The translations under genes were made by a program, and so were the position numbers. Positions 14,701 through 23,970 of a DNA stretch of 30,002 nucleotides are shown piece after piece. The stretch lies in the NCBI RefSeq assembly GCF_003044035.1, contig NZ_NVQC01000018.1, forward strand, positions 1 through 30,002, given 5' to 3'. The notes under the pieces are model-generated. The model saw nothing but the letters and a program-made list of their open reading frames with translations, searched no databases and was not told where the DNA came from. How positions within the stretch are numbered: the first letter of the stretch is position 1; every line of letters begins with the position of its first letter. This DNA is from Candidatus Methylomirabilis limnetica. Its GTDB lineage: Bacteria; Methylomirabilota; Methylomirabilia; Methylomirabilales; Methylomirabilaceae.

Positions 14701-15788
14701 GCAAGCGTGACTACTACCAGGTGCTGGGGGTGGATCGGGAAGCCCCTTCCGATGAGATTAAACGAGCCTATCGTCGGCTGGCCCATAAGTATCACCCTGA
14801 TAAGAACTCTGGAGATAAGGCATCGGAGGAGCAGTTCAAAGAGGCCGCGGAAGCCTATGAGATTCTGAATAACCCTGAGAAACGAGCGGCCTATGACCGG
14901 TTCGGAGCTGCCGGCGAAGGGGCTGGCTTAGGGGGTTTTGGCGATGCCAGGGTTGGGTCTGTGTTCGAGGATCTTTTCGATGGGTTCTTTGGAGGGTCTA
15001 CTCGACGGGCTGCCTCCCGAGGCGCCGATCTTCGTTACAACCTTGAGATCAGTCTTGAGGAAGCGGTCATCGGGACGGCGAAAGAGATCACCATCCCCCG
15101 CTTGGAGCCCTGCGGCGTCTGCAAGGGGAATGGCGCGAAGCCCGGAACATCCCCAACCGCTTGTCGTTCCTGTCGCGGCAGCGGCCAGGTCCGGTACTCG
15201 CAAGGCTTTCTAACGATCAGCCAGACCTGCTCGGCTTGCCGAGGCGAGGGGCGTGTCATCGAACATCGATGCCGGGACTGTAGAGGCACGGGGCGGTCAC
15301 GGTCCAATCGGTCCCTTACAGTGAAGATTCCTGCGGGTGTGGATACGGGGATGCGCTTGAAACTTCAAGGTGAGGGCGAGGAAGGTCCTCAGTGGGGGGA
15401 TCGAGGCGATCTGTATGTCGTCATTACCGTGAAGGAGCACCCGCTCTTCTCACGGAACGGCGACGACCTCTACTGTGAGGTCCCCGTCAGGTTTGTTCAG
15501 GCAGCCTTGGGGGCCGAGTTAGAGATTCCGAGCTTTTTCGGAAAGACGAAGCTCAAGATTCCACCCGGGACCCAGTCCGGCGCTGAGTTCCGCATTCGTG
15601 GGAAGGGCGTGGCAGGCGTGCGCGGTAATAGCTTGGGAGACCTTGCGGTCAGGATCGTCGTCGAGGTACCAAGGAAGCTTACTACGCAGCAGCGCGAGTT
15701 ACTAGAGGCCTACGCTGAGCTGGAGGGCGGAGAAGAGGGCCATCTGGTTACGAGCTTCTTTGAGAAGGTCAAAAGCCTTTTTGGCTGA
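14697..15788 (+). CDS. dnaJ: Chaperone DnaJ
   Basis: The J-domain carries HPDKN, followed by a Gly-rich linker and four CxxCxGxG zinc-finger repeats (CGVCKGNG, CRSCRGSG, CSACRGEG, CRDCRGTG). An ATGA overlap couples it to grpE. Confidence 0.96.
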   Translation: MSKRDYYQVLGVDREAPSDEIKRAYRRLAHKYHPDKNSGDKASEEQFKEAAEAYEILNNPEKRAAYDRFGAAGEGAGLGGFGDARVGSVFEDLFDGFFGGSTRRAASRGADLRYNLEISLEEAVIGTAKEITIPRLEPCGVCKGNGAKPGTSPTACRSCRGSGQVRYSQGFLTISQTCSACRGEGRVIEHRCRDCRGTGRSRSNRSLTVKIPAGVDTGMRLKLQGEGEEGPQWGDRGDLYVVITVKEHPLFSRNGDDLYCEVPVRFVQAALGAELEIPSFFGKTKLKIPPGTQSGAEFRIRGKGVAGVRGNSLGDLAVRIVVEVPRKLTTQQRELLEAYAELEGGEEGHLVTSFFEKVKSLFG

Positions 15789-15889
15789 TCCTTGCCGTGG
15801 CCTGCCACGCTCCGATTTCACATCCCAGTGATCGTTCTCAAAACTGGCCCTTGCCCTCGCCCCGCTATACACCTGCCAGGTAAATGAAC

Positions 15890-16018
15890 TGCCCCGCAGC
15901 AAGCTGCGGGGTATTGTCTTCTGTCCTAGCCCGTCATTCCGTGCTTGACACGGAATCCAGTCGGGCCCTCTGGATACCGGCTTCCGCCGGTATGACGAAC
16001 TCGCGGCAAGCCGCGGGG
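15890..16018. repeat. 129-bp REP/MITE-like element flanked by a 7-bp direct repeat AATGAAC
   Basis: AATGAAC lies at 15883-15889 and 16019-16025. The terminal hairpins are CCCCGCAGC-aa-GCTGCGGGG (15892-15911) and CGCGGC-aa-GCCGCG (16002-16015). The core at 15932-15997 folds into four 6-bp stems. Confidence 0.6.
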
Positions 16019-16075
16019 AATGAACCCCCAGGTAATCCAACTAAACGGCTCGATCTGTCTAAAGGACGCTAATCC

Positions 16076-18688
16076 ATGGCAGGTAGATTGCTGCATCTTA
16101 TCGACGGGAGTTCCTACCTGTTTCGGGCCTACCACGCGCTTCCACCCCTCACTAATGGCGAGGGGGTTCCGACCGGCGCCGTATACGGTTTCACCAAGAT
16201 GCTTCTGAAGATTATCCGGGACGAGCGTCCAGAGGCCATGGTCGTAGTCTTCGATTCTGGGGGACCGACCGAACGACATGCGCGATTCGCTGACTACAAG
16301 GCCAATCGCGCGCAGATGCCAGACGATCTGAGCCGTCAGCTTCCCTATGTCCATCGGGTGGTGGAGGCGATGCGAATCCCGCTCCTGATGCAACAGGGGC
16401 AAGAGGCTGACGATCTGATCGGCTCGTTGGCGAAACAGGCCGCGGCACAGGATTTTCACGTGACTATTGCGACGAGTGATAAGGATATGCTCCAACTCGT
16501 TGGACCCGCAATTCGGGTCTATGATTGGATGAAGGAGAAGGTCTACGGCGAAGCGGAGGTCCTGGAGCGCTTCGGTGTGCCCCCCGGTCAGGTGGTGGAG
16601 GTGATGGGACTGATGGGCGATCCGATCGACAACATCCCTGGCGTACACGGGATCGGGGAGAAGACCGCCAGGAGCCTCATCCAGCAATTCGGGAGCATCG
16701 AAGAGACTATTACTCGCTTACATGAGATCAAGTCCGCAAAGGTCCGGGAGATTCTGAGGTGTCAGGTCGAGCAGGCCCGTCTCAGCCGGGATCTGGCCAG
16801 CATCATGACAGATCTCCATGTGAAGCTGGACCTGGGGCAGGTGGCGCTGCAGGCGCCTGACCACCTTGCTCTACAGGCCCTCTTTCGGGAGCTGGAGTTC
16901 ACAGAGCTTCAGCGGGCGTTTACCCCTGTGACTTCGCGTAGCTGTCTCCGCATGGTCGTTATTGATCGCGAGGAGGGGATCGACGATGCCGCCAGGGAAC
17001 TCCTGGCCTCCGACAGCGTGGCCATTGCCGTCGCATTCAGTGGCGGCGGGACGGCTGATGGGGAACTCTATGGGCTTACCTTCTGCAAAGAGTCTGATGT
17101 TGTCCTCTGCCTCCTTCCATGCCCAACTCCTGGGTCTTCTCTTGAGTGCCTGCGACCTGTCCTGGCGGGCGAGGAACCAGCAAAGATCGGCCACGACCTC
17201 AAGCGGACCATGGCTGCCCTTGCGAAGGAGGGCATCGTCCTGGGAGGGATCTCCTTCGACACGATGGTGGCTTCCTATCTCCTGAACCCCACCAGATCGG
17301 ATCACTCCCTTGCTGCTGTGGTGCTGGAGCAGTTGGGGGTAGTGGGTCCTGCGTCGGTTTCCAAAGGCACGGAGGGGGAGGACAGGCGGGAGGAGGCAGT
17401 GAGGCGGGCGGCCGAGGAGGCTCACCTTGCGTGGCAACTCAAAAATGTGTTGCTTCCGAAACTTGAGCAGTCAGGGCTGCTGCCGCTGTTTAAAACGATC
17501 GAGATGCCGTTGATCGAGGTCTTAGCCTCGATGGAGGAAGTCGGGTGCAGGGTTGATACCGACCAACTCGGCGAGCTGGGCAAGGAGCTGGAGATCCAGC
17601 TCGGCCAGGTCGAGTCGCGGATCTTCGCCCTGGCGGGCGAGCGATTCAACATCAATTCACCTAAGCAGTTGGCGGATGTGTTATTTCAGCGACTAAAGCT
17701 TAAGCCGCTCAAGCGGACCAAGACCGGCTATTCTACCAATGTGGAGGTACTTCAGCGGTTGGCCATGACTCACGAGCTACCTGCCGAGGTCCTGAATTAC
17801 CGGAGTCTCGCGAAACTCAAATCGACCTATGTTGATGTGCTGCTCAGGCTTGCTGATCGCGTGAGCGGTCGAATTCATACATCGTTCAATCAGACGGTGA
17901 CCGCCACAGGACGCCTGAGCTCCAGCGAGCCCAACCTCCAGAATATCCCCATCCGCAGCGAGGTTGGGCGGCGAATCCGACAGACTTTCATCGCCTCGAA
18001 GGGTCAGTGGCTCTTGTCGGCCGACTATTCCCAGATCGAGCTGCGGATCCTGGCGCACCTTTCACAGGACCAGGCTTTAATCGCTGCCTTCACGGCAGGG
18101 GCTGATGTGCACCGCAGCACTGCAGCCGAGATATTCGGGGTGCAGTCGGCGGAGATGCGACGACGGGCAAAGGTGATCAACTTTGGCATCATCTACGGGA
18201 TGAGTCCCTTTGGCCTGGCCTCGGAACTCGATATACCACAGGAGGAAGCCGCTCTGTACATCGAGCGCTATTTCCAGACATATCGCGGTGTCAAGGCATT
18301 TATCGACCGGACGGTCCATGAAGCCAGGGAGATCGGCTTCGTGAGTACGCTCTGGGGACGCCGCCGGGCTATCCCGGAACTCAAGAGCTCCGACCATGTG
18401 GTTCGACAACTTGGGGAGCGGTTAGCAGTGAACACGCCGATTCAGGGATCTGCCGCAGACCTGATCAAGGTCGCGATGATCGCCATCTTCCGACGCCTGA
18501 GGTTGGAAAGGTTGGGGACCAGGATGATTCTTCAGATCCACGATGAGCTGTTGTTCGAGGTGCCCGACGCTGAGTTGGACGTCGCCAAGCGGGTGGCCAC
18601 CGAAGAGATGGAGCGGGCAGCCACGCTCCGCGTTCCCCTGAAGGTAGACCTCGGGGTTGGGACAAACTGGGCTGAGGCCCATGCCTAG
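16076..18688 (+). CDS. polA: DNA polymerase I
   Basis: The 5'-nuclease N-terminus (LHLIDGSSYLFRAYHA) and the polymerase motifs A (LLSADYSQIELRILAH), B (RRRAKVINFGIIYG) and C (QIHDELLFE) are present. The product is 870 aa. Confidence 0.97.
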   Translation: MAGRLLHLIDGSSYLFRAYHALPPLTNGEGVPTGAVYGFTKMLLKIIRDERPEAMVVVFDSGGPTERHARFADYKANRAQMPDDLSRQLPYVHRVVEAMRIPLLMQQGQEADDLIGSLAKQAAAQDFHVTIATSDKDMLQLVGPAIRVYDWMKEKVYGEAEVLERFGVPPGQVVEVMGLMGDPIDNIPGVHGIGEKTARSLIQQFGSIEETITRLHEIKSAKVREILRCQVEQARLSRDLASIMTDLHVKLDLGQVALQAPDHLALQALFRELEFTELQRAFTPVTSRSCLRMVVIDREEGIDDAARELLASDSVAIAVAFSGGGTADGELYGLTFCKESDVVLCLLPCPTPGSSLECLRPVLAGEEPAKIGHDLKRTMAALAKEGIVLGGISFDTMVASYLLNPTRSDHSLAAVVLEQLGVVGPASVSKGTEGEDRREEAVRRAAEEAHLAWQLKNVLLPKLEQSGLLPLFKTIEMPLIEVLASMEEVGCRVDTDQLGELGKELEIQLGQVESRIFALAGERFNINSPKQLADVLFQRLKLKPLKRTKTGYSTNVEVLQRLAMTHELPAEVLNYRSLAKLKSTYVDVLLRLADRVSGRIHTSFNQTVTATGRLSSSEPNLQNIPIRSEVGRRIRQTFIASKGQWLLSADYSQIELRILAHLSQDQALIAAFTAGADVHRSTAAEIFGVQSAEMRRRAKVINFGIIYGMSPFGLASELDIPQEEAALYIERYFQTYRGVKAFIDRTVHEAREIGFVSTLWGRRRAIPELKSSDHVVRQLGERLAVNTPIQGSAADLIKVAMIAIFRRLRLERLGTRMILQIHDELLFEVPDAELDVAKRVATEEMERAATLRVPLKVDLGVGTNWAEAHA

Positions 18689-18866
18689 CGAGCAACACCC
18701 CATGCAGCCCCAGCCGCACCACGGCGTACGAAAAGGCAGCTCCACCCCCCATCCTTACCTTTCCCCCCGGATCGAGTCCGGGGCAGGCTCTCATGGGGTG
18801 AAGGGGCACCTCACGCGGACTCCTCCCCCCTCGGAGGGGGAGGATACAGGTGGGGGGGGTGCTCGC
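18688..18866. repeat. GC-tract palindromic composite repeat filling the polA-coaE spacer
   Basis: The outer inverted repeats are GCGAGCAACACCCC (18688-18701) and GGGGTGCTCGC (18856-18866). Inner hairpins are CCCCGGA-tcgag-TCCGGGG and CCTCCCCC..GGGGGAGG. It shares the 16-mer GTCCGGGGCAGGCTCT with 2961-2976. Confidence 0.65.
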
Positions 18867-18883
18867 AGGAGGACACCCGACGA

Positions 18884-19489
18884 ATGGTGGTAATAGGTCT
18901 GACCGGGGGCATCTGTTCGGGCAAGAGCACGGTTGCTGCGATGTTTATGCGCCTAGGCGCTACGGTCATCGACGCGGATCAGGTCGCTCACGAGTTAGTG
19001 GAGCCAGATCAGCCCCTCTTCGAGGCGGTCGCCTCGGCGTTCGGTCGCGAGGTAGTCGGAGCGGATGGTCGAATTGACCGCCGGAGGCTGGGCGCTATGG
19101 TATTCGCCGATCCCAAGGCCCGCAGACGATTGGAGGCGATCCTCCATCCGTCCATTATCCTGGAGTGTGAACGACGTATCCGGCAGGCTGGGATCTCTGG
19201 GGCGGCCGCGTGTCTTCTCGATGCCGCGCTGTTGATTGAGAGCGGTTGGCACACTCGCTGTGACGCGGTGATCCTGGTTGAGGCTAGCGAAGCTGTCCAG
19301 CTCGACCGCTTGGAAGGGGCCAGGGGCCTCAGCCGAGACGATGCGATGCTGCGCATCAGAGCGCAGATGCCGCAAGAAGAGAAACGTCCCCACGCCCGCT
19401 ACGTCATCGAGAACGAAGGACTGATTGAAGAGACGGAGCGCCAAGTGAAGGCGGTGTGGGAACAATTGTGCGCCCGGACTTCGATGTAG
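18884..19489 (+). CDS. coaE: Dephospho-CoA kinase
   Basis: MVVIGLTGGICSGKSTVA is a P-loop N-terminus typical of CoaE. The product is 201 aa, and the position after polA is the conserved one. Confidence 0.9.
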   Translation: MVVIGLTGGICSGKSTVAAMFMRLGATVIDADQVAHELVEPDQPLFEAVASAFGREVVGADGRIDRRRLGAMVFADPKARRRLEAILHPSIILECERRIRQAGISGAAACLLDAALLIESGWHTRCDAVILVEASEAVQLDRLEGARGLSRDDAMLRIRAQMPQEEKRPHARYVIENEGLIEETERQVKAVWEQLCARTSM

Positions 19490-19592
19490 GCGCCTGCCTG
19501 TGGCTTCGGTAGCCCGCGATGAGTGTTGTCGCGTCAAGCACGGTGCAATCCACGCTGAGTCTGATCTGCTACTGAGGGCTTCGAAAAAAGGC

Positions 19593-19621
19593 TTGACAAA
19601 GGGTAGAGGCTCCACTAAATT
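19593..19621 (+). promoter_or_regulatory. Sigma70-type promoter candidate upstream of rho
   Basis: TTGACA (19593-19598), a 17-nt spacer and TAAATT (19616-19621). Confidence 0.4.
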
Positions 19622-19818
19622 CAAGTTGTAATTCTCGCTGAGGGTGTGACTTCTTCAGAATGTCGTTTGTCGGTCGGCCCTGAACTGCGCATCATTGAGG
19701 TTGAGGGGGACCGACGCTGCCTGAGATCAAACTCATCTCACTTTCCTATTCAGACCGCTATCTCCCACGCATCCGGCAGGGGCCTTATTCCTGATGATCG
19801 GCTTCTCCTATTCACGCG

Positions 19819-19974
19819 GTAACTACTCAGGTGTTTAGACTGAAGACCGAAGGTTCTAAATTATCTCGCAAAGCACGAGTCGAGCCATTCAAGATCTTTT
19901 CGGAGTTTTGTATAATCACGCATGACTTACCCCTAAAAGCCTTCAGCCTTTAGCCTATCTACCTGAGTAGTTAC
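19819..19974 (+). mobile_element. MITE B4 (156 bp), perfect 14-bp TIRs, 8-bp TSD TTCACGCG
   Basis: GTAACTACTCAGGT (19819-19832) pairs with ACCTGAGTAGTTAC (19961-19974). TTCACGCG lies at 19811-19818 and 19975-19982. It sits in the rho 5' leader. Confidence 0.9.
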
Positions 19975-20086
19975 TTCACGCGCATCATACCTCAGATCGG
20001 TCACACGGAGAGGCGGGTTATTTGGTTGAGATCGCGAAGTAGATTCATCGTTAACAGGCTTACTTAAGGAAGAGGAGTTCGCGTAG

Positions 20087-21421
20087 ATGGCTTCATCAGT
20101 GTCTGAATCGACCAGGCGGTCCAGTATGTCAGAAGTGAAGGAGAGCGTTGCGGCGCTTCCCAGGGGTGGTTCGATGAACATCGTAGAGTTGAAAGAGAAG
20201 ACCATCTCTGAGCTGAGCGGCATTGCCAGGACCCTGAACGTGGTGGGTGCCAGCGGCCTCCGCAAGCAAGAGCTCATCTTTAAGATCCTGGAGGCACAAA
20301 CCGAGAAGAGTGGGCTGATCTTCGCGGAGGGCGTACTCGAGGTTCTGTCAGATGGGTTTGGCTTCCTTCGGGCGCCGGACTACAATTACCTTCCGGGGCC
20401 GGATGACATTTACGTATCGCCGTCGCAGATTCGGCGCTTTGACCTTAGGACTGGCGATACTGTCTCGGGACAGGTGAGACCCCCCAAGGAAGGGGAGCGT
20501 TACTTCGCCCTCCTCAAGGTCGAGGCGGTGAACTTCGAAAACCCGGAGCTGGTTAAGGATAAGATCCTCTTCGATAACCTGACTCCCCTTTTCCCGAATC
20601 AACGGATCCGACTGGAGACCACACAGGACGAGATGAACATGCGGGTGATGGATCTTCTCACGCCGATCGGCAAGGGGCAGCGTGCGCTGATCGTCGCCCC
20701 ACCGAGGACGGGCAAGACCATTCTCCTGCAAAAGATCGCCAACAGCATCACCAAGAATCACCCTGAGGTGGTCCTGATCGTTCTCCTGATCGACGAACGG
20801 CCGGAGGAGGTAACGGACTTCCAGCGCTCTGTCAAAGCTGAGGTGGTGAGTTCCACCTTCGACGAACCGCCAACGCGTCACGTTCAGGTGGCCGAGATGG
20901 TGATCGAGAAGGCCAAACGGTTGGTGGAACACAAGCGGGACGTGGTGATCTTGCTGGATTCTATCACTCGACTGGGAAGGGCCTACAACACCATTGTCCC
21001 GCCGAGCGGCAAGATCCTCTCTGGCGGCGTGGACAGCAACGCGTTGCAGCGCCCTAAACGGTTCTTCGGGGCGGCGCGGAATATCGAAGAGGGCGGCAGC
21101 CTGACGATCATAGCCACAGCCCTTATCGATACCGGTAGCCGGATGGACGACGTCATCTTCGAGGAGTTCAAAGGGACCGGCAACTGCGAGCTTGTCCTGG
21201 ACCGAAGGTTGGTGGACAAGCGGGTCTTTCCTGCCATCGACATCTTCAGGTCAGGCACACGTAAGGAGGAGCTCCTGCTCACACAGGAAGAGCTTAACCG
21301 GATGTGGATTCTCCGCAAGGTCCTCCAGACTATGGGCGTGGTGGAGGCGATGGAACTCCTGCTTGAGAAGTTGAGGCAAGCCAAATCGAACGAAGATTTC
21401 ATGAGGGCAATGAATTCGTAG
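20087..21421 (+). CDS. rho: Transcription termination factor Rho
   Basis: It is collinear with E. coli Rho from MNIVELKEK (ATG 20174) onward: GFGFLR, the RNA-binding domain, Walker A PPRTGKT, and LIDERPEEV. The upstream ATG 20087 has the better SD (GAGGAG, 9 nt) and would add 29 aa, so the start is uncertain. Confidence 0.93.
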   Translation: MASSVSESTRRSSMSEVKESVAALPRGGSMNIVELKEKTISELSGIARTLNVVGASGLRKQELIFKILEAQTEKSGLIFAEGVLEVLSDGFGFLRAPDYNYLPGPDDIYVSPSQIRRFDLRTGDTVSGQVRPPKEGERYFALLKVEAVNFENPELVKDKILFDNLTPLFPNQRIRLETTQDEMNMRVMDLLTPIGKGQRALIVAPPRTGKTILLQKIANSITKNHPEVVLIVLLIDERPEEVTDFQRSVKAEVVSSTFDEPPTRHVQVAEMVIEKAKRLVEHKRDVVILLDSITRLGRAYNTIVPPSGKILSGGVDSNALQRPKRFFGAARNIEEGGSLTIIATALIDTGSRMDDVIFEEFKGTGNCELVLDRRLVDKRVFPAIDIFRSGTRKEELLLTQEELNRMWILRKVLQTMGVVEAMELLLEKLRQAKSNEDFMRAMNS

Positions 21422-21450
21422 GTGATTTTCTCGCAGTAGATGCGTCCCAA

Positions 21451-21480
21451 CAGCCCGTCCTCCGACGGGCTGTATTTTTT
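21451..21480 (+). terminator. Intrinsic terminator after rho
   Basis: The stem is CAGCCCGTC-ctcc-GACGGGCTG (21451-21472), followed by TATTTTTT. Confidence 0.8.
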
Positions 21481-21481
21481 G

Positions 21482-21511
21482 TTGAGAGGCCCCCAGTCTT
21501 GGGGGTATAAT
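21482..21511 (+). promoter_or_regulatory. Sigma70-type promoter candidate for rpmE-prfA-prmC-murA
   Basis: TTGAGA (21482-21487), an 18-nt spacer and TATAAT (21506-21511), about 50 nt upstream of rpmE. Confidence 0.55.
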
Positions 21512-21562
21512 CAACCGCGGCTAAGTAACTGAAAAATCCAGAATATCTCGGGAGGGACAATC

Positions 21563-21838
21563 ATGAAGGCAAGCATTCACCCTGACTATCAACTGACCAC
21601 TATCACGTGCGCGTGTGGCGAAGTGATCAACACCCGGTCCACCGTACTCACTCTCCGGGTAGAGATCTGCTCCAAGTGCCACCCGCTCTTTACCGGGCGC
21701 CAGAAGCTGATCGACACCGAAGGGCGAGTCGATCGGTTCCGGAGGAAGTACCAGAAGAAGCCGACGGCGGACACATCTGCCCCAGTAGCTGCCCAGGCTG
21801 AACCCCTCGCCGCAGTGCCTGGAGAAGTAGCCTCCTAA
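21563..21838 (+). CDS. rpmE: 50S ribosomal protein L31 (Cys-containing form) with an Ala/Pro-rich C-terminal extension
   Basis: The translation is [27 protein letters not shown]...[33 protein letters not shown] lies at 21551-21556. Confidence 0.93.
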   Translation: MKASIHPDYQLTTITCACGEVINTRSTVLTLRVEICSKCHPLFTGRQKLIDTEGRVDRFRRKYQKKPTADTSAPVAAQAEPLAAVPGEVAS

Positions 21839-21871
21839 CAGGGGGCCGCTCGTGTGGTAGGAGTGACGTCG

Positions 21872-22948
21872 ATGCTGCAGTTGCTTGAGCGCCTGAAGAC
21901 CATCGAGCAGCGATCTTCTGAGATCGGACTGGAGATGAGTGATCTGGCTGTCATTAGCGATCGGCCCCGTTTCCAACGGCTGGCCAAGGCGCATGCGGAG
22001 CTGGAACCGGTGGTAGACGCGTTCCAGCGGCATCGTAAGCTTCTGCGGAGCCAGGAAGAGACGAAGACGCTGCTGCATGATGGGGTCGATGACGACGTGC
22101 GCGAGCTGGCGGAAGCGGAACTGAAGGAGCTGGCCATCAAGCTGGAGAAGCTTGAAGAGGAGTTGAAACTTCTGTTGCTTCCGCGAGATCCGGCCGACGA
22201 GAAAAACATCATTCTGGAGGTGCGAGCAGGGGCTGGCGGCGGAGAGGCCGCACTATTCGCTGCGGAACTGGTCAGGATGTACACCCGATACGCCGAACTG
22301 CATGGCTGGCGGGTGGAGGTCCTGTCGGCGAGTCAGACCGGTGTCGGTGGAGTGAAGGAAGCGATTCTCGGCGTTGAAGGGCGCGGGGCGTACAGCCGCC
22401 TTAAATTCGAGAGCGGTGTCCATCGGGTGCAGCGGGTGCCGGTCACGGAATCGAGCGGGCGGATTCATACCTCTACGGTGACGGTGGCAGTCCTCGCTGA
22501 GGCGGAAGATGTAGAGGTCCAGATCGATCCCAAGGATCTTCGGATCGATGTCTTTCGGTCCACGGGTCCGGGAGGACAGTCTGTAAACACCACCGATTCG
22601 GCCGTGCGGATCACCCACCTGCCGACCGGGTTGGTGGTCACCTGCCAGGATGAGAAGTCGCAACACAAGAACCGGGCCAAGGCGATGAAGGTGCTGCGAG
22701 CTCGCCTGCTTGATGCAGCCACGGCGGAGCAGGCGGCAGAGATTTCGCAAACGCGCCGTCTGCAAGTGGGGACAGGGGACCGAAGTGAGCGGATCCGCAC
22801 CTACAACTTCCCACAAGGTCGCCTCACTGACCACCGGATTGGGATCACGCTTTACAGCCTCCAGCGGATCCTGGAAGGGGAGATGGAGGAACTGATTGAT
22901 ACACTGGTGACCAATAATCAAGCCGAGCGATTGAAAGCCTTGGTGTGA
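21872..22948 (+). CDS. prfA: Peptide chain release factor 1
   Basis: The GGQ motif ([22 protein letters not shown]) and the P-x-T tripeptide region (RVPVTES) are present. The start is ATG 21872 with GGAGTG 6 nt upstream. Confidence 0.95.
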   Translation: MLQLLERLKTIEQRSSEIGLEMSDLAVISDRPRFQRLAKAHAELEPVVDAFQRHRKLLRSQEETKTLLHDGVDDDVRELAEAELKELAIKLEKLEEELKLLLLPRDPADEKNIILEVRAGAGGGEAALFAAELVRMYTRYAELHGWRVEVLSASQTGVGGVKEAILGVEGRGAYSRLKFESGVHRVQRVPVTESSGRIHTSTVTVAVLAEAEDVEVQIDPKDLRIDVFRSTGPGGQSVNTTDSAVRITHLPTGLVVTCQDEKSQHKNRAKAMKVLRARLLDAATAEQAAEISQTRRLQVGTGDRSERIRTYNFPQGRLTDHRIGITLYSLQRILEGEMEELIDTLVTNNQAERLKALV

Positions 22949-22950
22949 GG

Positions 22951-23970
22951 ATGGCGGGTACGCTTGCAGAAGAAGTGCGAAGCGCGGGGTCCGAGGTGCG
23001 GAAGCAGCCCACCCCGCACGTCTTCACATATCGCCGCGTGGTGGAACGGTTGGTGGATAGTGGCGTGGAAAGCGCGTTGCTCGACGCGGCGTGCCTCATT
23101 GAGGCCGCATCAGGAATCCCACGGTGGCGGTTCATACTGGACCCGGAGCAATCGATCCCCTCGGACAAATCTTGCCTCCTTGAATCGATGGTATCACGGC
23201 GCGAGGCCAGAGAGCCAATTGCCTATATCCTCGGAGTGAAAGAGTTTTGGTCTCTTCCCCTTACGGTGGGTTACGACGTCCTGATCCCGAGGCCGGAAAC
23301 CGAAACGCTTGTCGAGGCCGTCCTCGAGAAGATCGGTTTCGAGTTTCGAGTTTCGAGTTTCGAGTTTGCTCGTGATAGTTCGAGGTTGACTGCTGGTTCT
23401 GTAAACCCGAAACCCGAAACCCGCAACTCGAAACTTGTTATCGTGGACCTTGGCACCGGTAGCGGCGCGATTGCCTTGGCGCTTGCTGTCGAGATGCCCC
23501 ACGCGCTTGTTTACGCCATCGATCGTTCGCCTGGCGCTTGCAGGATTGCCAGGCGGAACATAGAGGCGCTGGGGTTGACGAGCAGGGTTCACTGCGTACA
23601 GGGCGATCTGCTTGATCCGCTTCGGACGATTGACGCTGGAGGAGGGTGCGACCTGATCGTTTCAAATCCTCCGTACATCCCTTCCGGAGCATGCGGCTCC
23701 CTGTCTCCTGAGATCGTCGCCTACGAGCCTCTTGAGGCCTTAGATGGCGGTCCTGACGGTCTCCGCTATCATCGGCGAATCATCGAAGAGGCTCCCGCCT
23801 ATCTTCGCGAAGGAGGCTGGCTATTCCTCGAGGTCGGCGACGGTCAGGCACCAGCCGTGATGGAACTGATCCGGAAGACAGAAGGCTTCGGACCAGCCGG
23901 GGTGAGGCAGGACGTAGCGGGTCGTGACCGAGTCGTCTTTGCGCCACGGCGAGGGAGGGCGCTTGGATAA
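22951..23970 (+). CDS. prmC: Release-factor glutamine N5-methyltransferase PrmC/HemK carrying an internal repeat insertion
   Basis: [39 protein letters not shown] and NPPY (SNPPYIP) are present. An alternative start is GTG 22945. About 34 aa between [15 protein letters not shown] and IVDLGTGSG derive from heptad element H-C. Confidence 0.92.
   Translation: MAGTLAEEVRSAGSEVRKQPTPHVFTYRRVVERLVDSGVESALLDAACLIEAASGIPRWRFILDPEQSIPSDKSCLLESMVSRREAREPIAYILGVKEFWSLPLTVGYDVLIPRPETETLVEAVLEKIGFEFRVSSFEFARDSSRLTAGSVNPKPETRNSKLVIVDLGTGSGAIALALAVEMPHALVYAIDRSPGACRIARRNIEALGLTSRVHCVQGDLLDPLRTIDAGGGCDLIVSNPPYIPSGACGSLSPEIVAYEPLEALDGGPDGLRYHRRIIEEAPAYLREGGWLFLEVGDGQAPAVMELIRKTEGFGPAGVRQDVAGRDRVVFAPRRGRALG
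23335..23436 (+). repeat. Heptad hairpin element copy H-C (inside prmC)
   Basis: The left arm is GGTTTCGA (GTTTCGA)x3 GTTTG (23335-23368). A ~34-nt loop follows. The right arm is AAC CCGAAAC CCGAAAC CCGCAAC TCGAAAC (23403-23434). Confidence 0.9.

Noticed and set aside
15932-15997. A cloverleaf that superficially resembles a tRNA
   Set aside because: All stems are 6 bp with no junction nucleotides. The loops are 5, 9 and 4 nt. There is no D-loop GG, no T-loop TTCRA, no 7-nt anticodon loop, and no discriminator or CCA context. It belongs to a repeat family.
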